This document shows positions 1 through 12,890 of a stretch of DNA of 52,605 nt, in pieces. Position 1 is the stretch's first letter. Each line of letters opens with the position of its first letter. The notes under the pieces were generated by a model. The model was not told the origin of the DNA, did no database searches, and worked only from the letters and a program-made list of their open reading frames with translations. This DNA comes from Octopus bimaculoides (lineage: Eukaryota): positions 23,233,705-23,286,309 of the forward strand of contig NC_068995.1 in assembly GCF_001194135.2 (NCBI RefSeq), read 5' to 3'. The translations under genes and the position numbers were made by a program.

Positions 1-432
1 TAGAATGAATCTAGATTTCGTTCATCAGCACAGTATTGTCCCAAAAATAAATATAAATAAACAGAATTCTCACCTCACCAAAAACGAACACACTACGTAT
101 CCGACAGAGTAAAGGGAATGAAGTTTATCGGTATATATCTTCTTCAAAGAAGCGGGAATACTTCCGGGTTGCTTCTGGGTACCCATGTGGAGACAGGAAT
201 AAAAATTCAACATTGAATATATTCCGTGTATATATTTGATAAATAAATTCAAAAAGGGATAAAACTCTTTTACAAGAATTTTATCAAGAAGCCAGTGTGT
301 AAAAAAATTCATAAGGGAAATTTCTATTCCCAAGAATATAATTATTCGTTTATATTTATATAAAGGGCATTATTACAGAAAAATAATAACGCCACACAGA
401 AGAAAGAGTGCGTGTGTGTGCGTCTGTGTTTA

Positions 433-806
433 TTTTTACTTATTTCAGTTACTTGCTTGGGGACCGCCTTGAAGAATGAATCGACCCAGTACATATCTTT
501 TAAAGTCTGTTACTTATTCTATCGATCCTTTTGCCGAACAGTTAAGTTATGTGGATATAAATACACCAACACCGGTTATTAACTGGTGTTAGTGGAGAAA
601 AAACACAGACACAAAGACACACACGCCTATACACATGCATGCTCAACGGGCTTCTTTCAGGTTCCGTCTACCAAATGCACTCACAAGGCTTTAGTCGACC
701 TGAGGTCGTAGTAGAAGTCACTTGTGCAAGGCAAGTTGCCACGCAGTGGGATTAAACCCGGGACAACGTAAATGAGAAGGAAACTTCGTACCAGGCAGTC
801 ACGCCT
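433..806 (-). mobile_element. tRNA-derived SINE, family A (central microsatellite type), near full length
   Basis: Reverse complement has a tRNA-like head (ggcgtgactgcctggtacgaag...ggtttaatcccactgcgtggc), the body gtgagtgcatttggtagacggaacctgaaagaagccc, a TG-rich middle and the tail cggcaaaaggatcgatagaataag...gtcgattcattcttcaaggcggtcccc. The same blocks recur at 7730, 16690, 19266, 40161 and 40915. Confidence 0.85.
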
Positions 807-829
807 CTGTATGATACTTGTGTATATGT

Positions 830-1070
830 GGCGGCGCATGATTTAGTAGTTACTGTGCTGCACTCATGTCCCTAAGAGTGTGGTCTCAATTCCTGGATAC
901 ATTTTCCTGTCAGGCAGAGCATTTTATTTCAGGTTGCTCCGTCCACTCAGCTGTGAAAAATTAGTAATTCTGCAACAGACCGGCGTTTCGTCTCCGATAG
1001 GGAATTTATATGCCTGAGAACCTGGCAAATTGGCTTTATGCGCCTATGAATCGGGAAGGGATTTTGACAG
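830..1070 (+). mobile_element. tRNA-derived SINE, family C (degenerate)
   Basis: Head ggcgcatgatttagtagtt...tggtctcaattcc, then ttatttcaggttgctccgtccactcagctgtg (shared with 11515-11825) and gaccggcgtttcgtc...gggaa (related to 29762-30097). Confidence 0.7.
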
Positions 1071-1293
1071 ATATACATATACAGACGTACGCATAGGTAT
1101 TCATATATTATAAAAAGAAATTAGTGTTTTAGAACAAGTAGAAAGATATATTTTTCCAATACGTAAAAATGAACAGTATATATATATAAAGTATAAAATC
1201 ATTTTAAGAGCTGATTGCCGGCAAATTTTTCTGCTCCTAAAAGAATTTTATCCTTTATATATACTGTTCAGTATTTACGTGTTGGAAAAATAT

Positions 1294-1385
1294 TTGTTCC
1301 GCAATACATTTCAACACTTCAAAATCAAACCTGTCTTACTTGTTCTGCAATACATTTCAACACTTCAAAATCAAACTTATGTTTG
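1294..1385. repeat. Two-copy 46-bp tandem duplication
   Basis: ttgttccgcaatacatttcaacacttcaaaatcaaac at 1294 and ttgttctgcaatacatttcaacacttcaaaatcaaac at 1340. Confidence 0.9.
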
Positions 1386-3505
1386 CTTACATATGACGTA
1401 AATTAGTGTTTGCTAATACTTGAGATGTGTATCAATTATTAAATACTAGGTTAATTCATTTTGAGCAAAGTAGTAAATTAGAATGAAGTCTATCTCTTGC
1501 GAACAAAAATTACTGAACTTCTCAGCTAATTTCTAATATAAATCTGGTAATTTTCTCTCAATATATATGTATGCTAGATGTAATATACTTTTCTATACTG
1601 CGCTTTTATATGCTCTTATATTGTCTTTTATAATAATTGTTATGATATCACTCCTAAGATATTTTTAGAATGAAGTAGACGTATCATATTTAAATATATT
1701 GCTTAATGGCGGTATATTGCTGCTTGTCTATGATTTAGACTTACACCTATGAAATATAAGATGTCTCAGCATGAACCGAATATGCTCAGCAGTGGAAATA
1801 GTTTCTGAAAGAGTTAGATATAGATGCAACCCTAGAGGACATTATTCTAGAGTGACAATGCAGTATTTCCTAATCTTGTTGGGAGACATATTTCTTTGCA
1901 TTAATCCTGACTGTTATACTTTGAATATGTTAGACATATGGAGTGAATGCTGTTGCGGACTTAGTCTGAGAAATTGATTCACGATATATTTCCAGTCCTC
2001 ATTTAAAATTAGTAAATAACATTCTTTTAATTACTTTGCGTATGAATTTTGAAATTCATGCCGTCACAGTGATTGCCCACTATGTAAGTCTAGAATTGTT
2101 GTTTTACCGTTTCAACCTTTTACATTGCTACTTAAGTAGCAAATTATGCAATATAGTCTTTTGAAAGTAGAACAGTTCAAATTTAAACAAAAATACTTCT
2201 AAATCTGAACCTTTCGACAAATAAATAAATTGTATTTTCAAAAGTATTTTGATGGCGGTTGATTGTTATTATTCTCATATGTTGTACCTCGAAAATTTGT
2301 ATATATTTCACATAAATCGATACATTCGAACAAATTGTTTACAATATTCAATTGCAAAATAAATTTTTCGAAATTAAGAACTTAGACTGTAAAGTTTGGG
2401 AAATTTTCTTGCAAAATCATATAATTTTCTTTACATTACATATGAAAAGAAAAGTAAAACACACCAAACTGTGAAGTTTTGTTCTGGATTTGGTTTAATT
2501 TTAATTCAAACATAGTGATTGCTGATAATTAAAACAGAAACCGATTTACAGGTTTACTAAGCATAATGATATACAATGCTGCTTGATGCAATAAAAATCT
2601 CAAAGCAGAAGTTAAGCTAAATTAAGGTACCAGTATACAGATGTGGGTGAAACAACTAATGTCTACGCATATATTAGAATAATTTATAATATTCATGAGT
2701 TATCTATTTGCTTCAAATTGATAGTTCTCATCTTGTTTGCAGTTAAATATTTGGAGGTTGAATTCCTCTAAGCAATAAGGTATAAGTAGTAAAAGTATTT
2801 ACTTATTTCAGTTGCCTGACTTCAACAGCATGCTTCACCGACATCTGTGCTTAATGTTAATTTCTACTTGATAACGAGTGTGTTTCCCGAAATATTATAG
2901 GGTAGTTAATTAATCTTCGTAAGATTCTACAATATCTATTTTCATTTTGTCTTCTTTTTACTGACATCACCCAACATAATTTATTTAAGTCTTCACAGAT
3001 ATCGTTTAACGATTGATGCGAACATTTGACTCATTCACATATATTGCAATACTTCAAACAATGTTCAGGTAATGTCATTATTTCGCTGTTTCACATTTCG
3101 CCCAACAACTTCAAAAAAATTGATGAAGATCGTTTATTCTTAACTCGACATTAGAAACTGTGCAAAATTTATGAATTTAGAATAAATAATACTAATTCTA
3201 TAAAAACAGACTGAACTATCACTGTCAATTAATTTCGATCACTTATAGTATAAAAAACACCCCTTCTTTTCGATTCATTTTATAAAATGTTCAAAGGGTT
3301 CAATCAAATATTTGAATAAAACGTTTTGGTATCCACAAATTGTATTAGATCAATTTGCCAATATTATATCTTATTTTCCGATAAACTAACTTTTGATATA
3401 ATGAATTATGTTTTCTTTATTCCTATGATGGGCACCCTGTCACAAACATTCTCTCATTCATATCCATATACTTATATATTCACCCACAACCAGTCAACCC
3501 CATGT

Positions 3506-3546
<41 letters not shown>

Positions 3547-4102
3547 NNNNNNNNNNNNNNNNNNNNNNNNNNNNNNNNNNNNNNNNNNNNNNNNNNNNNN
3601 NNNNNNNNNNNNNNNNNNNNNNNNNNNNNNNNNNNNNNNNNNNNNNNNNNNNNNNNNNNNNNNNNNNNNNNNNNNNNNNNNNNNNNNNNNNNNNNNNNNN
3701 NNNNNNNNNNNNNNNNNNNNNNNNNNNNNNNNNNNNNNNNNNNNNNNNNNNNNNNNNNNNNNNNNNNNNNNNNNNNNNNNNNNNNNNNNNNNNNNNNNNN
3801 NNNNNNNNNNNNNNNNNNNNNNNNNNNNNNNNNNNNNNNNNNNNNNNNNNNNNNNNNNNNNNNNNNNNNNNNNNNNNNNNNNNNNNNNNNNNNNNNNNNN
3901 NNNNNNNNNNNNNNNNNNNNNNNNNNNNNNNNNNNNNNNNNNNNNNNNNNNNNNNNNNNNNNNNNNNNNNNNNNNNNNNNNNNNNNNNNNNNNNNNNNNN
4001 NNNNNNNNNNNNNNNNNNNNNNNNNNNNNNNNNNNNNNNNNNNNNNNNNNNNNNNNNNNNNNNNNNNNNNNNNNNNNNNNNNNNNNNNNNNNNNNNNNNN
4101 NN
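3547..4102. other. Assembly gap flanked by (TA)n and (GA)n
   Basis: N run. Confidence 1.
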
Positions 4103-4157
4103 GAGAGAGAAACAGACAGACAGGAAGACAGACATACAGACAGACAGACAGATAGAC

Positions 4158-4214
<57 letters not shown>
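4103..4214. repeat. (GA)/(GACA)/(GATA)n compound microsatellite
   Basis: Read directly. Confidence 0.95.
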
Positions 4215-4215
<1 letters not shown>

Positions 4216-5261
4216 GTGCCTTTGACGAATTTCCGCTCAGTTTACATTCTTGTACACACATAGTTACACTCAATGACATCAGAAACTCTGACTACACACT
4301 CCTTAACCAGACATCCGTGCTTTTATGCTATTTTGCTTTAACACGTCTTTTCTTTATTACAATGAAATTAGTTTTTCTTGATGTAACGATTTAAGTCCAT
4401 AATCATCTATAAAACGTTTAATTATTTGTTTATATTTATACGAAAGTGAGGTTTGGTTTTTAGTTTCCATAAATTCAATAAGTAAATCAATTATGTTAGT
4501 TACAAATGATGTATTCATTGATATGAATGTCAATTAAAGCTTAAAAGTTGCTTAGGAATTATTAGCAGAGCTTTTATCCTAAAAACAACACATATTTTCC
4601 GATAAAGTGAAATTTTTTTATGCCAATTTTGAATACAAAAAGAAAGACAAGGAATGATTTTTGTTTTTTATATAATGTAGATTCGTATACTATAGGTAAC
4701 GAGAAAACACAAATAGGTAAATTTGATTTTTATGTATGAGTAGTAACATTTTATGCTTAAATAGATTTTCAATGTAATCCCAATATAATCACTCTGAATC
4801 AGCAAAATCTATCCGACTTACAGTTGTATTTTTTATTCAAAAGAAATGTGCAACTTTGTTTAATATGTTTATATATATATATGAACGAAAATTTAAAGAT
4901 CATATACTTCTGAAGAATTTTTTTTAAATTTCAACAGTTTTTTTCCAGGGTTGCTGCAAAATATCATTATTTTGTAAAATGATAATTTTTTGCAATCTTA
5001 TTAAGGTATTAGTTATGTTCAGAAATGTAAACATATGAACGAGAGATCCCCTTTAAAGTTATCTTAAATTTGTCACACACGATAGACATTTTGATAGACA
5101 AAACTGTGAACAATAGACATTCATCGTTATGTCGAAACTTAGGTTTGAACCAACGCCCTCTAAGTCAATGCTTTGTAAATGGAGCTATCTCAAAAATGTG
5201 TCATTTAAGTATAGCATAAATCTACTGCCATTAACTGTATTTTGCTAGGGTAAAGAAACTA

Positions 5262-6400
5262 TTTGAATCTAAAATTGTAAGCACTCTTGTTACTGTAATT
5301 TATTAAAACAAAAGCAGGGTATACAATCATATTAGTTTTCGACAGAGTCTCTTTGCTTTTCGATGCATTTCTTACAGCGGTCGCGTAGTCATTTATAAAC
5401 CGCTTCCTACACTTCTTCGCCCGTAGCAAATCGCCAAAACTCTTAAAGGATTTTGAGCGGTCCAAAAAGGTCAAGAAGCAATACCTGGACTGTATGCAGG
5501 GTGTTCCAGCAATTTTCAATGGTTTCTACGGAGTGGGCAGTGGCACATTTTATTTTTACATCATCGAGCAGCAATAAAATTTGCTTTGAAAATGGACATC
5601 GGCGTTTGCTGCGAATTGTTGGTTCCATATTGTTGGCCAGTATTTCCCTATCACCTACGCAGGTGACTGTGAACCCCATTTTCAGGTAATGTTCCAGTGA
5701 AGGTCATTTGTTTTTGCACCCCTCAAAAGAAAAAAAAACCTTTTAGCAACACTTTTTCTTCAGAAGTTTGAGTCTTCAAATTTTTTTTCGCTGGCAATTC
5801 CGGGTAGTTCCGGTCCATGCTTTGCCTGTTTGGATTCTGGCTCAAATTGATAGGTCCAGGTCTCATCACCTGCGAATATTCTCTCCAAAAATGTTTTGCC
5901 TCCATCGTTGTAGCAGTCGAATAAACGTTGACAGATCTGAATACGATTGCTCTTATACGCTTCAGTATGGTCTCTTAACATCCATCATGCACAGACTTTA
6001 CGGAAGCGAAGCTCGTTGCAGATAGTTTTGCATGCAGAACCATGACTAATTTTCAGGGAACATGCCGCCTTGACGAAGGTCACTGGTCGGATCGGAAATA
6101 CGATATCTCGAGTTTGCTGAATCTTTATGTCAGTGGTGGAGTATGATTAGAGTCCTGTTCCAGTCTTCGTGCTTCACACTTTTCCTGCAAGTCTTAAACG
6201 TCTCCTTCCACTCTACGTGATAGAGCGCCATTCTCTTATTGTACTGAAAGTCTGCTATGATTGTTAGCCTCTAACACTTTCAGCCCATAGAAATCAGATC
6301 ACTGATCTCTGTCCTTCCATGCTACACCCTTCTAGCGTAGCAGCCATTTTAAATCTGTAAGCTACTTTAAATTCGTAGTGAAATAAAGATACGATCAAAG
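5262..6400 (-). mobile_element. Decayed mariner transposon (transposase remnant ~5332-6347)
   Basis: Minus-strand frames give MAATLEGCSMEGQRSVI (N-terminus), CQRLFDCYNDGGKTFLERIFAGDETWTYQFEPESKQ (GDETW catalytic motif), IRSKRRCPFSKQILLLLDD, LFGPLK and KCIEKQRDSVEN*. Several frameshifts. A degenerate TIR-like end (tgaatctaaaattgtaagcactctt) lies at ~5265; the right boundary is uncertain. Confidence 0.92.
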
Positions 6401-6779
6401 AAAGCAAATTAGAATGAAACCTCGCAAATCCCGCACCCATATACAAACAACAATTTGAAAACACATCTAATAAAACCAGATGAAAACAAGCTTTAGCCAA
6501 AATAAGAGCACAACCACACCGACACCAAATCTTTATAGTTCAAACCGCGTGTACTTGCTTAAAATCAAATTTAAAACCACTGATGTTGCCGCTGCTACTA
6601 TCGCTATTCTCTGCTGTTGCTCTTACGTCTTCGTGTTCCATGACCACGATTACGACAATAATAACTACACTACAACTGTGCTGCCATGACCACGACTACC
6701 ACTACGACATCTGTTACTGTTACTATCACTTACACGACTACTATTATAACACTAACTATTATTGCTCTACCTCTTTCCC

Positions 6780-6837
6780 CTCCTCCTCCTCCTCCTCCCC
6801 CTATTACTACTACTACTACTGCTACTACTACTACTAT

Positions 6838-6927
<90 letters not shown>

Positions 6928-6950
6928 TAGTAGTAGCAGTAGTAGTGGTA
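6780..6950. repeat. (TCC)n then (TAC)n/(TAG)n inverted trinucleotide repeat; perfect 62-bp palindrome at 6838-6899
   Basis: (TAC)n switches to its reverse complement (TAG)n at ctag 6867-6870. Confidence 0.95.
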
Positions 6951-7729
6951 GTCAAATCCACCTTGCTCAGAATGCCACTCCTTGAGAGGTTCCGTAATCC
7001 TACTCACATTTTCTTCTTCGTAAAATGGCACCGAAGCGAGAAGGAAAGAGGAGAGGGAATATATGAAAGACAGTTAAATACCAACAATCATTACCAACTG
7101 ACCTGCTATGAGCACCCAACCAGAACAACTGTCCTATACCAACAAAAACAAAAACTACAGCAAAAGAAACATCCCGAGCGATATATATTACTATACAATT
7201 GAAAACTTTTATCAAATAAAGCACAACTTTCTGTTAGCGAATAGGTTGCAGTTCGGAGCGATGAACATTTTGAAACGATATTACAAATATATATCTTAAG
7301 TGAAGTTAACTATTTTTTTAATTTTTTTTTTTTATTTCAGAATGGGTAACAAGTGTCTTGCACTCTGCATTCGCCTTACTTTCAACACAGGATTTCAGGT
7401 CAGAACACTTACTATGGAGTGCATTTCCGTAAATCGACAATTAGTTTAACAGATAAATTCAGTAAGTAACCCTGCATTCCCTTGCAAACAAATAGTTAAA
7501 CATTTCGATGTTGAATGAAATGAAATGCAAAACAGCATGGCAAATAATAAAGAGCAATAAAGAATATCATGCCAAATATTAAAAAGAAATGAATAACGCA
7601 AATGCAAGCATGCTGCTCAGCAACAAAACACACAAACTAAACAAGTTTTTAAATCAGACATCTTTAACACAACGTATTTCACGTGAACCAAATTACAAAT
7701 CTATTGATATTAATATCTTGAAATATCAT

Positions 7730-8110
7730 GGCGCAGGAGTGGTTGTCTCGTAAGACGTTTGCTTTTTAACTACATGGTTCCGGGTTCCTGTCCACTACGT
7801 GGCACCTTCAGCAAGTGACTTCTACTATAACCTCGGGCCGACCGAAGTTACTGTGAATGGATTTGGTTCTGGAAACTGAAAGAAGCCTATCGTGTGTGTG
7901 TATGTCTCTGTATTTGTATCGTTCCTCTACCACCGTTTCACAATCGGTGTTGGTGTATTTACGTCCCTGTAAATCAGCGATCCGGCAAAAGGGACCGATA
8001 GAATAAGTAGCAGGCTTTAAAAATGGAAAAGCTCTAGAGTGGATTCATTCGATAAAATTCTGCAATGCCGCAGTTTGAAACAAGTGAAAGTTAAATGATA
8101 AAAGATGAAT
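7730..8110 (+). mobile_element. tRNA-derived SINE, family A
   Basis: ggcgcaggagtggttgtctcgtaag...ggttccgggttcctgtccactacgtggcacc head, ggaaactgaaagaagcc body, cggcaaaagggaccgatagaataagta tail. Confidence 0.85.
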
Positions 8111-9399
8111 ATAAAACACACGGACTTCTAATAAATGAAAGAAAAAAGACAAAAGAAAAGAAAGTAATGAAAAAAACCCCCTGGATATCCGCACCTCTAA
8201 TTCCGATTTATATAAGCAGATGAAGCACAACTTTTGAAAAAGCAACACGTAGGAGATAAGATAACTCTAAGTGGATTGCGTTCACATGTGATATTCCAAA
8301 ATATGACTGAAATTTGCAAATTAAAGTTCACCCATGAGCAAAAGCGGCCTTACGCACTCGACACTCCATTTCATGGAATATATTAGCAACAGTATCCTAC
8401 GATACTCGTCATGAATACGTAAAGTATTTGTAAAGTTTATACTATACCGCTTTTATTTCAAAATATAGAATAAATTAAATGCACTGTCTCAATAACGATT
8501 CATTATTTTCCGCAAAAAATAATCTAGGCGACATTAAATAAATGAAATGAAAGCTGATTTACTATTAAATTTAAAATACATTAAATATGAAGATAATTAC
8601 CAAATCCGTTGGCAATTGCTTTAAAATGCACTCTTTTATACCATTTGTTTACATTACAATAAAGAACATCAGACGACCGCTTTAAAGCCAATCGTTAATC
8701 ACATTCTAACGATAGTCACACATTATTGTATTTAGTTATCCCTGATGATTCCTACCCAAATTGTCCAGCTTGCCAAAAGCGACATAATAATCCGATTCCA
8801 TTTAGTTTTACGTTTGTACATCAACACCAAACATTTTTATACCTTCTCCAGAGATTAGGCATCTAAAAAAAGCAATTATTAAAATGTAAATAAATAAATT
8901 AAATTAATAATAAGCAAGTACACGAACAAATAATTTTATTTTATTATCCCCAAATGTTGTATTTTCTGAACATTTTCTATTTTGCGTGTATAAAGTTTTA
9001 GAAGGAGTCTTCATTAAATGTATTCTGTAAATATTATAGCACCGAAGGGATAGTGAAAAGGCTCAGAATTTGACATAATTAACGATACTAAAGAAGGTAA
9101 TTTCTAAATAGCAAATACTATATTCACAAAACAAAGCTTATTTTACAATAGGTTTCGTTTTAGTGTTTTCCACCAAAAAATAAATGCTATTATTAGTTGG
9201 CGTTTCATGTTTAATTACAATGAGACTTTAAACTAAATAAGTCTATTAGTTTTATTGGAAAAATATTATCAATTGCAATTTGAAGAATAGAATACAAACA
9301 AAATATGTTTTAATTACTCTATTAAACAATATCAAAACCTTTATAATCAATTTTATGTATACACACAAGTATGCAAACATACATATAACTGCATGCACA

Positions 9400-9579
9400 C
9401 ATACACACACACACACACATAAACGTGTGTACGCATATTTATCTACATATTTATCTACAAGTGTACATATACAAGTGTACATATACAAGTGCACATATAC
9501 ATATGCTTATTTGGTTTGACTTCAATATCATACATAAGTACACACACAAACGCGCACGCGTACAAACACACACACACAT

Positions 9580-9620
<41 letters not shown>
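9400..9620. repeat. (CA)n-rich compound microsatellite
   Basis: Read directly. Confidence 0.9.
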
Positions 9621-9621
<1 letters not shown>

Positions 9622-10529
9622 ATACACAGATATATTTGTCGGACAACAGCTCCTCTTTAGTCATAATGTATGTTCACAACCCACTTGAACCGGTGAGGTA
9701 AGACGGGGGTACTTTGAGACGCCATTCTGTTTCGATCTTTTTGTTTTTTTTAACCTCTCTGCAATTATATCGGATTCAATGAATGTTCTTTGATCGTTTC
9801 CAAGATTCACATTCCTGAATGTTACCAATACTATCTTCTTACTTTCGAGAACCATCCTGGAAACCTGTCTCCTGTAGTTGAATGTGTTCATGGTTTCGTG
9901 AACTTTGCTATGTATGTTCAATTATACAAATGCACTCTTTATTGTACGGCATTACTTTGATTCTCAGTGCACATGTGGTATTGTTATCAGTTTGGCAGAA
10001 ATCAGCACGATTCACAAAAGAATTTGTGACATAATTCTTCTTTATAGTTTCATTGATCGGGAAATAACAGTAACTTTGCGATAGAAGGTCGAATTCAATG
10101 ATTTGAGTATATTATGTTATTGTGAATAACAAGTTGATCCCCGAAGACGAAATAGAAAAGTAATTGACAAATTCATTTTCGATTCTGCCGAAATGTATTA
10201 AGAATGAATATGCATATCATTGCTTTTGATTCTTGCTCCTCTTTGTCTTAGTGATGAAGTATAAAACAAACTGTTGTGTGAGAAAAACAATAGAGTTGTT
10301 TAGTAATTTTAGACTCTCTATCTGGTACTTATACACCAATCACATTAAAGCGCTTCGAGAATTGCACTCTTACAATGTTACTGTCTTTCAAGGAGCATGC
10401 AATAACTTCTGTCCGCTCGCTCACCCCTTATTCTACTCCCCCTCTCTCTCTCCTTGACACTCTTATATATGTATACTATATAGCATTTAACATACACGAT
10501 TATTAGTACATAGACAGGCGCACACGCAT

Positions 10530-10950
10530 TTTCAGAACCATACCAGAAACAATAGCAACATTTTTGCAGTGCCTGAGAGATGATACAGCTGCATAAGACA
10601 TTCCTGGGTCGTCCTACACCAATGAGATGTATGCCGTTGAAGTTTCTGTGGATACTTTGCAGCCAGCACGTGCAAGAACGACTTGAAATATCTGGGAATT
10701 CCAAAGGTTTAAAGAGAGTATGAAAAGAGGGTGTGGAGAATATATCATGAGATAGGAGTTGATCATTACACACAGGAAGAGAGAATTGGAATTGACAAAA
10801 GGGAGTTGACATAAGCTTAGTCATCTTCCATGAGCAGAGACTGTAACAGAAGCAGGCTTCAAGCAGCAATTGCAAACAAGGAAAACGCTACATCTGCTTA
10901 ACAGAGGGTGACATCATTGTATGAGCGAATTATACCAATCAAATACCTGA
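10530..10950 (+). mobile_element. Unclassified GC-richer segment ending in a (CATA)n tail, possible retroposon 3' end
   Basis: Composition contrasts with the flanks and the segment runs directly into (CATA)n. One plus frame has KYLGI...REYEKRVWRI, only weakly like a LINE RT motif. Confidence 0.3.
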
Positions 10951-11080
10951 TACATACATACATACATACATACATACATACATACATACGTACGTACATA
11001 CATACATACATACATACATATATACATACATACAAACATACATACATGCATGCATGCACCACGCACACATACACATATAT
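10950..11080. repeat. (CATA)n microsatellite
   Basis: Read directly. Confidence 0.95.
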
Positions 11081-11514
11081 ACATCTGATCTTGGGGGTTT
11101 ATATTTGTAGATCTCGATTTGTTTAAATCTAACCTCGTACCTACCAGATCTTAATGCATTACGCCATTAGGAAAATCTAACGTGTTTGTGTGTTAATTAT
11201 TCATTGATTTCGCTATTGATTGGGAAATCGTTATAAATGCATTGCGTACCTGCACTTTCTTTAGTTACATCCCATCATACCTTATATCTACTACTATTTC
11301 TTTTGAATTTTTTTTTTGAGGACAATAAAATAAACATCAACCAATGACAGGATCGCTGAGATCGATGTAATCGACTAAACATAGAAAACTTTATCTGCCA
11401 CCTTGACTACAAAATTTAACCATGAGTAGAACCAGCCAAACACAGTCGATACTCCAGTTGATGGAACATATCAGCAAATTCGTAGTGTAACGTATATATT
11501 GTCATTTATATGTC

Positions 11515-11825
11515 TATATCGCTCAGTGGTTAGAGCGTTGGGCTTACAATCGTGAGGTTGTGAGTTCGATTAGGAGAGGGTTGTGTGTTGTGTTCTTGAG
11601 CAAAAAACTTTATTTCACGTTGTTCCTGTTCACTCAACTATAGAAATGTGTTGCAACGTTACAGGTGCGAAGCAGTATCAGCATTTTCTTTTACCATGGA
11701 TAACATCGGTGATCGGGTGTGGAGAGGAGAGACGGGTATGTATGGGCAACTGCTGGTCTTCCACAAACAACCTTACCCGAACTTTTGCCTCGGAGGATCA
11801 ACTTTCAGGTTGACCGAAGAGTGTT
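11515..11825 (+). mobile_element. tRNA-derived SINE, family C
   Basis: A-box gctcagtggttagagcg, B-box ggttgtgagttcgatt, then a CORE-like gttgtgttcttgagcaaaaaactttatttcacgttgttcctgttcactcaact. Confidence 0.8.
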
Positions 11826-12675
11826 TTAATATATGTAGCTGAAGAGCAAAATGAAAACCTTAAAAATAAGTCACATGTCGACAGATGTGAAGAGCTTATA
11901 CATTTAAATGAGTAGCTGATACGCATTTTTTCTTAGTTATTCTTTATATTAACCATTTAAATGATTCAAAAATATCTATTACTGCTTAGGTTAGATATAT
12001 TGAATATGATATCCTTGGCAACTGTGCTACTTTATATCAACGGGTGAATATATTCAATTTACTATCGCCCTGTAAGACTTGTATTATACAAAAATGATTG
12101 CAGGGAAATTACAACCCTGACTATTTTTGGATGGATATCAAGTGGCTATTGTTTCACTCGTCATGTTAAATCGCTTCACAACTACACAGATGTTATACAA
12201 TCTCATTTACCCGCTGCCATATGTCTGAAGTGTATTTTCAATCAAGCAAATTTATATTCATGGAATAGTGGAATTGCAAATATAATCATACTGAAAACGA
12301 ATTTGCCTTTCATACTTCAGCACTGATTACATAGAAACCAATGCCAGCTATTTAACTGAACATTTCTCCGAACTAAAATGTCTCTTAATCATATTCATCA
12401 AAATATATGTGATTTTGATGGAGACGTTTTCATTACACTAGTACGTTCAACTTATTTTGTTCTACTTATACAGAACCTGGCAAAGGTTTAAGAATAAAAA
12501 GAAATTGCACAGATACATAGCAGATACATAAGAATTAAGGAATACAAGAAATGGAAAATGAGATTGTGTGCAAGGAGAGATAATTTTTGCAAATATATCT
12601 GTTTGAGCAGCAAAATAGTTGGGAGGGAAATAGGATTGTAGACAGTGGTAATGTTGCGTTAGATTTTAGAATTAA

Positions 12676-12798
12676 AGATATATATATATATATGTGTGTG
12701 TATGTGTGTGTGTGTGTGTGTGTGTATACATGCATAAATACATATACACACTCATATATATATACACGCACACATATATAAATAAATAGATAATGTAT

Positions 12799-12841
<43 letters not shown>

Positions 12842-12855
12842 AACATGAATGTAAG

Positions 12856-12890
<35 letters not shown>
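12676..12890. repeat. (TA)n/(TG)n/(CA)n compound microsatellite
   Basis: Read directly. Confidence 0.9.

Noticed and set aside
1294-1385. CRISPR-like direct repeats (also 39889-40100 and 49774-49827)
   Set aside because: Only 2-3 adjacent units with no unique spacers and no cas genes, in a eukaryotic context.
3326-4279. Long ORFs of 261-281 aa (also those at 22063-23871, 30515-30961 and 31857-33026)
   Set aside because: They are open only because they cross N-gaps and microsatellites.
6480-7202. Poly-T/S/L/V/Y ORFs
   Set aside because: Translations of the (TAC)n/(TAG)n microsatellite.
9661-9921. 86-aa minus ORF and a TIR-like end (ggtaagacgggggtactttgagac) at ~9697
   Set aside because: No recognisable domain and no inverted partner in the window; the plus-strand donor at 9698 has only a weak 37-nt exon.
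10378-10875. 165-aa minus ORF, the longest gap-free ORF
   Set aside because: Cys/Ser/Phe-rich antisense-like composition running into a microsatellite, with no domain or splice support.
11515-11580. tRNA gene candidates (also 30030-30097 and 33505-33578)
   Set aside because: A and B boxes are present, but the acceptor and anticodon stems do not close and each continues into a repeat body; these are SINE or LTR heads.
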